Part shown: positions 43,589 to 49,137 of the stretch, piece after piece
Numbering within the stretch: position 1 is the stretch's first letter
Layout: the number at the start of each line of letters is the position of its first letter
Assembly: GCA_044236185.1 (NCBI GenBank)
Contig: JBIIGZ010000001.1
Coordinates: forward strand, 1-49,137
Length of the DNA stretch: 49,137 nt
Direction of reading: 5' to 3'
Source: Roseomonas sp.
GTDB lineage: Bacteria > Pseudomonadota > Alphaproteobacteria > Acetobacterales > Acetobacteraceae
Notes under the pieces: model-generated
What the model was told of the DNA's origin: nothing
The model's input: the letters and a program-made list of their open reading frames with translations, nothing else
Databases searched by the model: none
Made by a program: the position numbers and the translations under genes

Positions 43589-44967
43589 TGCCGCTTTGGA
43601 CCAGCGCTGAATTGCGCGCTGCAACCGGTGGGACACTATCGGCTGAAAATAATGTGACCGGCGTTTCGATTGACAGCCGCAGCATTGCACCGGGCGATAT
43701 CTTTATCGCGCTGCGCGATCAGCGTGATGGGCATGAATTTGTTGCTGATGCCGTCATGCGCGGTGCTGCGCTGGCTATGGTGGATCACCCGCCGCCTGGG
43801 GCGGTGGATGCGGCAAGGCTGCTCTGTATTTCCGATACACTCGCGGGCCTCACCGCACTTGGCGCGGCCGGGCGTGCGCGCGCCTTGGCCCGTGTAGTGG
43901 GCGTTACGGGCAGTGTCGGCAAGACCACCACCAAGGAAATGCTGCGCGTGGCGCTAAGTGCTTTTGGCACGACCCATGCATCGGCAGCGTCACATAATAA
44001 TCATTGGGGTGTGCCGCTAACCCTCGCGCGGCTACCGCGCGATGCGGCTTTTGCCGTGATTGAAATGGGCATGAATAATCGCGGCGAAATCGCGCCGCTG
44101 TCGCGCCTTTCCCGGCCGGATGTTGGTATCATCACCTCAATCGGCACGGCGCATATCGGCATGCTTGGCAGCCAGACGGCGATTGCCGCTGAAAAGGGTG
44201 ATCTTATCGTTGGCATCGCGCCTGGTGGCACGGCGATCCTGCCGGCCGATAGCGCTTTTCTCCCGGAACTCATGTCGCGCGCGCGTGGTGCAGGGCTGCA
44301 TGTGGCGACACATGGGGAAGCCACGGGCGCCGATGCCCGGCTGGTGACATATCAAGCCTCGCCTGAGGGTGGTGTCGCGGAAATTACGCTGTTCGGGCAA
44401 AGCCTGACGCTGCACTTGGCTGCGCCTGGCCGCCATGTGGCGCTGAATGCCTGCGCTGTTCTTGCGGCTGTGAAGGTGCTTGGCCTTGCGCCCGATATCG
44501 CAGTGCGCGCGCTTGGTGATTTCACCGCTGGTGCTGGCCGGGGTGCGCTGCGCCGCATCACCGTTGCGGACGGAGAGGCGTTGCTGATTGATGATTCCTA
44601 CAATGCCTCGGTCGCATCCGTGCGCGCGGGGCTGGCAGTATTGGCGGCTCAACCAGCCAGGCGCCGCATTTTGGCCTTTGGCGATATGCTGGAATTGGGT
44701 GCGGAAGGCCCGGCGCAACATGCCGCCTTGGCCGCGGATGCGGAGAAGACCTGCGATCTGGTCTTCTGCTGCGGCCCGCTTTCGGCGCATTTGTTCGAAG
44801 CCCTGCCGGCAACGCAGCGCGGTGGGCATTTTCCGGATTCAACCAGCCTTGCCGCCGTATTGCGCGCCGCGCTCAAGCCCGGTGATGCGGTGCTGGTCAA
44901 GGGCTCGCTTGGCTCGCGCATGGGCGTGATCATCAAGGCGCTGACGGCAGGAGAGCAAGTTTCGTGA
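43585..44967 (+). CDS. murF: UDP-MurNAc-pentapeptide ligase
   Basis: [38 protein letters not shown]. Confidence 0.95.
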   Translation: MMPLWTSAELRAATGGTLSAENNVTGVSIDSRSIAPGDIFIALRDQRDGHEFVADAVMRGAALAMVDHPPPGAVDAARLLCISDTLAGLTALGAAGRARALARVVGVTGSVGKTTTKEMLRVALSAFGTTHASAASHNNHWGVPLTLARLPRDAAFAVIEMGMNNRGEIAPLSRLSRPDVGIITSIGTAHIGMLGSQTAIAAEKGDLIVGIAPGGTAILPADSAFLPELMSRARGAGLHVATHGEATGADARLVTYQASPEGGVAEITLFGQSLTLHLAAPGRHVALNACAVLAAVKVLGLAPDIAVRALGDFTAGAGRGALRRITVADGEALLIDDSYNASVASVRAGLAVLAAQPARRRILAFGDMLELGAEGPAQHAALAADAEKTCDLVFCCGPLSAHLFEALPATQRGGHFPDSTSLAAVLRAALKPGDAVLVKGSLGSRMGVIIKALTAGEQVS

Positions 44968-46052
44968 TCTATAACCTTCTCCTGCCTTTTGTTGATGAAT
45001 ATGCGCTGGCTAATCTGGCGCGCTATCATACCTTTCGTGCCGGCGCGGCATGCCTGACAGCACTGCTGATCAGCCTGGTGTTTGGTTCCGCCATCATCAA
45101 TTGGCTGCGCGGCTTTCAGCGTGGCGGCCAACCAATCCGCGAGGATGGCCCGGCGCGGCACATCATCGAAAAAAAGGGCACACCAACCATGGGTGGTGTG
45201 CTGATCCTGCTGGGCATGGTGGGGTCCACGCTGCTTTGGGCGGATTTGCGCAATGGCTTTGTCTGGGCTGTGCTTTTCATCACCTGCGGTTATGGCGCGC
45301 TTGGCTTTGCCGATGATTGGCTGAAAGTCAGCAAGCGCAATACCAAGGGTGTTTCGGGCCGCGCGAAGCTTACGGTGCAGGCGGGCCTTGGCCTTGTCAC
45401 GGCGCTTTGGATCACCTGGCTGATGCCGGGCGCGCTTTCCGACAAACTCGCCTTCCCGATCTTCAAGGAATTTCTGCTGCCGCTTGGAATTTTATTTCCA
45501 CTATTGGCGGCGCTGGTGATGATGGGCGCTTCCAACGCGGTCAATCTGACTGATGGGCTGGATGGTCTTGCCATTGTGCCGGTGATGATCGCGGCGACTG
45601 TCTTTGCGCTGATTGCCTATCTGGTCGGCAATCGTCTTTTCGCTGATTATTTGCAACTGCATTACGTGCCTGGCACTGGTGAACTTGCAGTGTTTTGCGC
45701 TGCCTTGGTGGGTGCCGCGCTTGGCTTCCTGTGGTTCAATGCGCCGCCGGCAGCAGTATTCATGGGTGATACGGGCTCACTTTCCCTTGGGGGCGCGCTG
45801 GGCGGGCTCGCGGTTGCGACCAAGCATGAAATCGTGCTCGCGATCGTGGGTGGGCTTTTCGTGGTGGAAACCGTTTCCGTCATCATCCAGGTTTTCTGGT
45901 TCAAGCGGACCGGCCGGCGCGTGTTTCTCATGGCGCCGCTGCATCATCATTTTGAGAAAAAGGGCTGGGCCGAACCCACCATCGTCATCCGCTTTTGGAT
46001 CATTGCCATGATCCTGGCGCTTGTTGGGCTTTCGACGCTGAAAATCAGATGA
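44964..46052 (+). CDS. mraY: Phospho-MurNAc-pentapeptide transferase
   Basis: [34 protein letters not shown]. Confidence 0.97.
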   Translation: MIYNLLLPFVDEYALANLARYHTFRAGAACLTALLISLVFGSAIINWLRGFQRGGQPIREDGPARHIIEKKGTPTMGGVLILLGMVGSTLLWADLRNGFVWAVLFITCGYGALGFADDWLKVSKRNTKGVSGRAKLTVQAGLGLVTALWITWLMPGALSDKLAFPIFKEFLLPLGILFPLLAALVMMGASNAVNLTDGLDGLAIVPVMIAATVFALIAYLVGNRLFADYLQLHYVPGTGELAVFCAALVGAALGFLWFNAPPAAVFMGDTGSLSLGGALGGLAVATKHEIVLAIVGGLFVVETVSVIIQVFWFKRTGRRVFLMAPLHHHFEKKGWAEPTIVIRFWIIAMILALVGLSTLKIR

Positions 46053-47437
46053 CAGCGCCAATCCCCCCCTTCACCCCCTTTCCTGGCGCGCGCATTGCCG
46101 TGGTCGGGCTTGGCCGTGCCGGGCTGCCGGCTGCGCGGCGCCTCGCTGCCTGGGGTGCCGAGGTGACGGTTTGGGACGATAGGCCCGATGCCTGTGCAGC
46201 GGCTGAGGCCGCGGGGCTGACCGTGAACGACCCTGCCGCCGGCCCCTTCCGCGCCGATGCGCTGCTGCTTTCGCCGGGCATTCCGCACCATCTGCCGGCA
46301 TCGCATCCGGCGGCGCAGGCGGCCTTGGCGGCTGGCGCGCCCATCCTTTGCGATGTGGAGTTCCTGTATCGCGCGGTGCTGGCCAGCCATTCCAAGGCGC
46401 GCTTCGTCGGCGTGACCGGCACCAATGGCAAATCCACCACGACCGCGCTGATCCACCATATTTTGCGGGGTGCGGGCATGGCATGTGAGGTGGGGGGGAA
46501 TCTGGGCCCGGCGGCGCTCGACCTCAATATCTTGGGGTCGGAGGGGGTCTATACCCTCGAAATGTCGTCTTACATGTTGGAGCGAATCGCAACTCTGCGC
46601 TTCAACGTAGCTGTCATGCTGAACCTCAGCCCCGATCACCTGGACCGCCATGGGAACATGGACGGTTATGCCGCTGCGAAGGCTCGAATCTTCGCGCGCC
46701 AGGGGACCAATGACGTCGCGGTGCTGGGCCAGGATGATGCCATGACCGCGCAAATGGGTGCCGGTTTGGCGGCGCGGATGATGCCGATTTCGGGTTCTAT
46801 CCCCCAGCCGGGCGGGGTTTGGGCCGAAGGCCGGATGCTGCGCGATGATGCGGGGCCGATCCTGGATCTGCGGGCGGCGGCGGCGCTGCCCGGGGCGCAT
46901 AACGCGCAAAACGCCGCAGCGGCCGCGGCGGCCTGCCTGGCGCTGGGCGTTGCGCGTTCGGCGATTGCGGATGGCATCGCAAGCTACCCTGGCTTGCCGC
47001 ATCGGCAGGAAATCGTCGCCGAAGCGAAGGGCGTTGTCTTCGTCAATGACAGCAAGGCGACGAATGCCGATAGCGCAGCGCGCGCACTCGCTTCATATGA
47101 CCGCGTTGTTTGGATTGCGGGCGGGATCGCGAAGGAAGGCGGCATTGCGCCGTTGGCGCCCTTCTTCGCGCGCATTGCGAAAGCCTTCCTTATCGGGCGG
47201 GATGCACCTGCCATGGCGGCCACCTTGCGCGAAGCCGGTGTGGCGCATGAAATCATCGGCAGTCTTGAAGCTGCCGTGCCGGCAGCCGCGCAAGCGGCCT
47301 TTGCGGGCGCGGCGCCGTTCGTGCTGCTTTCGCCGGCTGCGGCTTCCTTTGATCAATTCTCGGGTTTTGATGCGCGCGGTGATCGCTTCCGTGAACTGGC
47401 GCAGGCGCTGGTTGCACAACAGAGGAGAGCAAGCTGA
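46049..47437 (+). CDS. murD: UDP-MurNAc-L-Ala:D-Glu ligase
   Basis: [37 protein letters not shown]; ATGA overlap with mraY. Confidence 0.95.
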   Translation: MTAPIPPFTPFPGARIAVVGLGRAGLPAARRLAAWGAEVTVWDDRPDACAAAEAAGLTVNDPAAGPFRADALLLSPGIPHHLPASHPAAQAALAAGAPILCDVEFLYRAVLASHSKARFVGVTGTNGKSTTTALIHHILRGAGMACEVGGNLGPAALDLNILGSEGVYTLEMSSYMLERIATLRFNVAVMLNLSPDHLDRHGNMDGYAAAKARIFARQGTNDVAVLGQDDAMTAQMGAGLAARMMPISGSIPQPGGVWAEGRMLRDDAGPILDLRAAAALPGAHNAQNAAAAAAACLALGVARSAIADGIASYPGLPHRQEIVAEAKGVVFVNDSKATNADSAARALASYDRVVWIAGGIAKEGGIAPLAPFFARIAKAFLIGRDAPAMAATLREAGVAHEIIGSLEAAVPAAAQAAFAGAAPFVLLSPAAASFDQFSGFDARGDRFRELAQALVAQQRRAS

Positions 47438-48606
47438 TGGCGCTCTCTCGTGCGGATAACTCCATCCTTGGGCGCTGGTGGTGGACGGTGGATCGCTGGA
47501 CGCTCGCCGCACTCATGGTGCTGATTGCCTTTGGCTATGTGATGATGCTGGCGGCTTCGCCCGCAGTGGCCGAGCGCATTGGCGCATCATCGCGCCACAT
47601 GTTTTTTCTGAAGCAGGTTTTTTATCTGGGCCTTGCAGCGGCGGTGATGGTGGTGGTTTCGCTGCTCTCGCCACGTGGCGTGCGGCGCTTTGCCTTGCTT
47701 GGTTGTGCCGGTGCTTTGGTGCTGACGGCGGCAACACTGGTGATGGGCGTCGAAATCAAGGGCGCGCGGCGCTGGCTGGCACTCCCTGGGCTTTCATTGC
47801 AGCCATCGGAATTTCTGAAACCCTTCTTCGCTGTGGTGGCCGCTTGGCTGATCGCGGAAGGCATGGCGCCCGGTTCGCGAGTCTGGGGACGCGCCATCGC
47901 GATTGGCCTGTTTGCGGTGATTGCCGTGATCATGAAAAGCCAGCCTGATATTGGCATGCTGCTGGTGATGACCGCAGTGCTATTTGCGCAATTTGTCGTT
48001 GCTGGCTTGAATTTCTTCTTCGTTTTTGGGCTTGCCGGGCTTGGTGTTGGGGTTGGCGTTCTTGCTTATTTGCTGTTCCCGCATGTGCAATCCCGCGTGC
48101 ATCGCTTCCTTGATCCAAGCTCGGGCGATTCCTACCAAGTGAGTGTCGCGATGGAAGCCTTTGCCAATGGTGGGCTTTTGGGGCGCGGGCCGGGTGAGGG
48201 ACGCGTGAAGAATGTGCTACCCGATGCACATGCGGATTTTGTCTTCGCCGTCGCTGGTGAAGAATTCGGCATGGTGGTGTGCCTGGTCATCCTGGCACTT
48301 TTCGCCTTCGTCGTGTTGCGCGGCTTGATGCGGCTGCTGGCGGAGACGGATTTCTTCGTGGTGCTGGCGGCGACCGGCTTGCTCACACAATTCGGCTTGC
48401 AAGCTTTCGTCAACATGGCATCCACACTGCATTTGATCCCGACCAAGGGCATGACGCTGCCCTTCGTTTCCTATGGCGGGTCCTCCGTTCTTGCCATTGC
48501 GCTTGGCATGGGGATGTTGTTGGCACTGACACGCAAGCGCATTGGTGAACGCTCTGGCAGCACGGGCTTGTCGCATGGCACACTCGCCATGGGTGGCGCG
48601 CGGTGA
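47437..48606 (+). CDS. ftsW: SEDS peptidoglycan polymerase
   Basis: GARRW, QPSEFLK, QPD, LPDAHADF, KGMTLPFVSYGGSS. Confidence 0.96.
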   Translation: MALSRADNSILGRWWWTVDRWTLAALMVLIAFGYVMMLAASPAVAERIGASSRHMFFLKQVFYLGLAAAVMVVVSLLSPRGVRRFALLGCAGALVLTAATLVMGVEIKGARRWLALPGLSLQPSEFLKPFFAVVAAWLIAEGMAPGSRVWGRAIAIGLFAVIAVIMKSQPDIGMLLVMTAVLFAQFVVAGLNFFFVFGLAGLGVGVGVLAYLLFPHVQSRVHRFLDPSSGDSYQVSVAMEAFANGGLLGRGPGEGRVKNVLPDAHADFVFAVAGEEFGMVVCLVILALFAFVVLRGLMRLLAETDFFVVLAATGLLTQFGLQAFVNMASTLHLIPTKGMTLPFVSYGGSSVLAIALGMGMLLALTRKRIGERSGSTGLSHGTLAMGGAR

Positions 48607-48614
48607 GGGGCCCC

Positions 48615-49137
48615 ATGGCGAAACCCATCATCATCGCTGCCGGCGGTACGGGCGGACATCTTTTTCCGGCCGAGGCGCTGGCGGCAGAGCTTATCCGGCG
48701 CGGCGAGCGCGTGGCACTGATGACCGATGCGCGATCGGCCGCTTATGACAGCCCGGTTTTTGCGAATGCTGAGCGTTTTGTCTTGCGTGGTTCCGGGCTT
48801 TCCGGGCGCGGTGTACGTCAGGCGTTGCGCGGTGCATCAGCGCTGTTCATGGGAACGCTTGAAGCGCGCCGACATATCCGTGATTTGTCACCGAGTGCGG
48901 TGGTCGGTTTTGGCGGGTATCCTTCCTTTCCACCCTTGGCAGCGGCGCGGTTGATGCGCGCGTCGCGTCGTCCCGCGCTGATCCTGCATGAACAGAATGC
49001 CGTGCTGGGACGCGCTAATCGGCTGATGGCGCGTGGTGCCGATCTTCTGGCGCTTTCCTATGCCGATACCGCGATGGTTCCTGAAGGCACGAAAAGCGCC
49101 GTGGTGGGCAATCCGGTGCGACCTGCACTCGCGGCAT
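48615..49137 (+). CDS. murG: Lipid II GlcNAc transferase, truncated by the window end (absent from the ORF track)
   Basis: Manual translation: MAKPIIIAAGGTGGHLFPA...GFGGYPS...HEQNAVLGRANR...GNPVR. Confidence 0.95.
   Translation, partial: MAKPIIIAAGGTGGHLFPAEALAAELIRRGERVALMTDARSAAYDSPVFANAERFVLRGSGLSGRGVRQALRGASALFMGTLEARRHIRDLSPSAVVGFGGYPSFPPLAAARLMRASRRPALILHEQNAVLGRANRLMARGADLLALSYADTAMVPEGTKSAVVGNPVRPALAA

Noticed and set aside
45947-47002. Long antisense ORFs (351 aa here; also 41320-42582, 4229-5212, 9876-10850, 38446-39432)
   Set aside because: They are shadows of well-supported genes in high-GC DNA, with Arg/His/Gln-rich composition and no motifs.
1-49137. CRISPR array, IS, prophage or defence system
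   Set aside because: No regularly spaced repeats and no transposase, phage or defence protein motifs were recognised.

Overview
High-GC alphaproteobacterial chromosomal segment, probably Acetobacteraceae/Roseomonas-like (inferred from protein sequences and gene order). It is mostly core and metabolic genes: threonine aldolase, a stand-alone pbpC, a MoxR-vWA pair, a class V aminotransferase, an acyl-CoA ligase operon, tRNA-Leu(CAA), lptFG-lptD-surA-rsmA, csp and a DEAD-box helicase, a patchwork of catabolic genes (CoA transferases, HMG-CoA-lyase-like, Bug receptor, CnbZ-like, isochorismatase, amidase), djlA-amidase-rnpB, and the dcw cluster from mraZ to a truncated murG. I see no transposase, integrase, CRISPR array or prophage. 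The most notable signals are: (1) pdxA is missing between surA and rsmA, and a 2-codon ATG-GCG-TGA mini-ORF overlapping both neighbours sits in its place; (2) two copies of a roughly 100-bp palindromic intergenic repeat with a compensatory base-pair change; (3) a promoter-led structured region between an RHH gene and a DUF4332 gene, a candidate unannotated RNA; (4) MraZ-box-like repeats in reverse orientation; (5) an orphan catabolic cluster of unknown substrate. All annotation is by eye and no searches were run.
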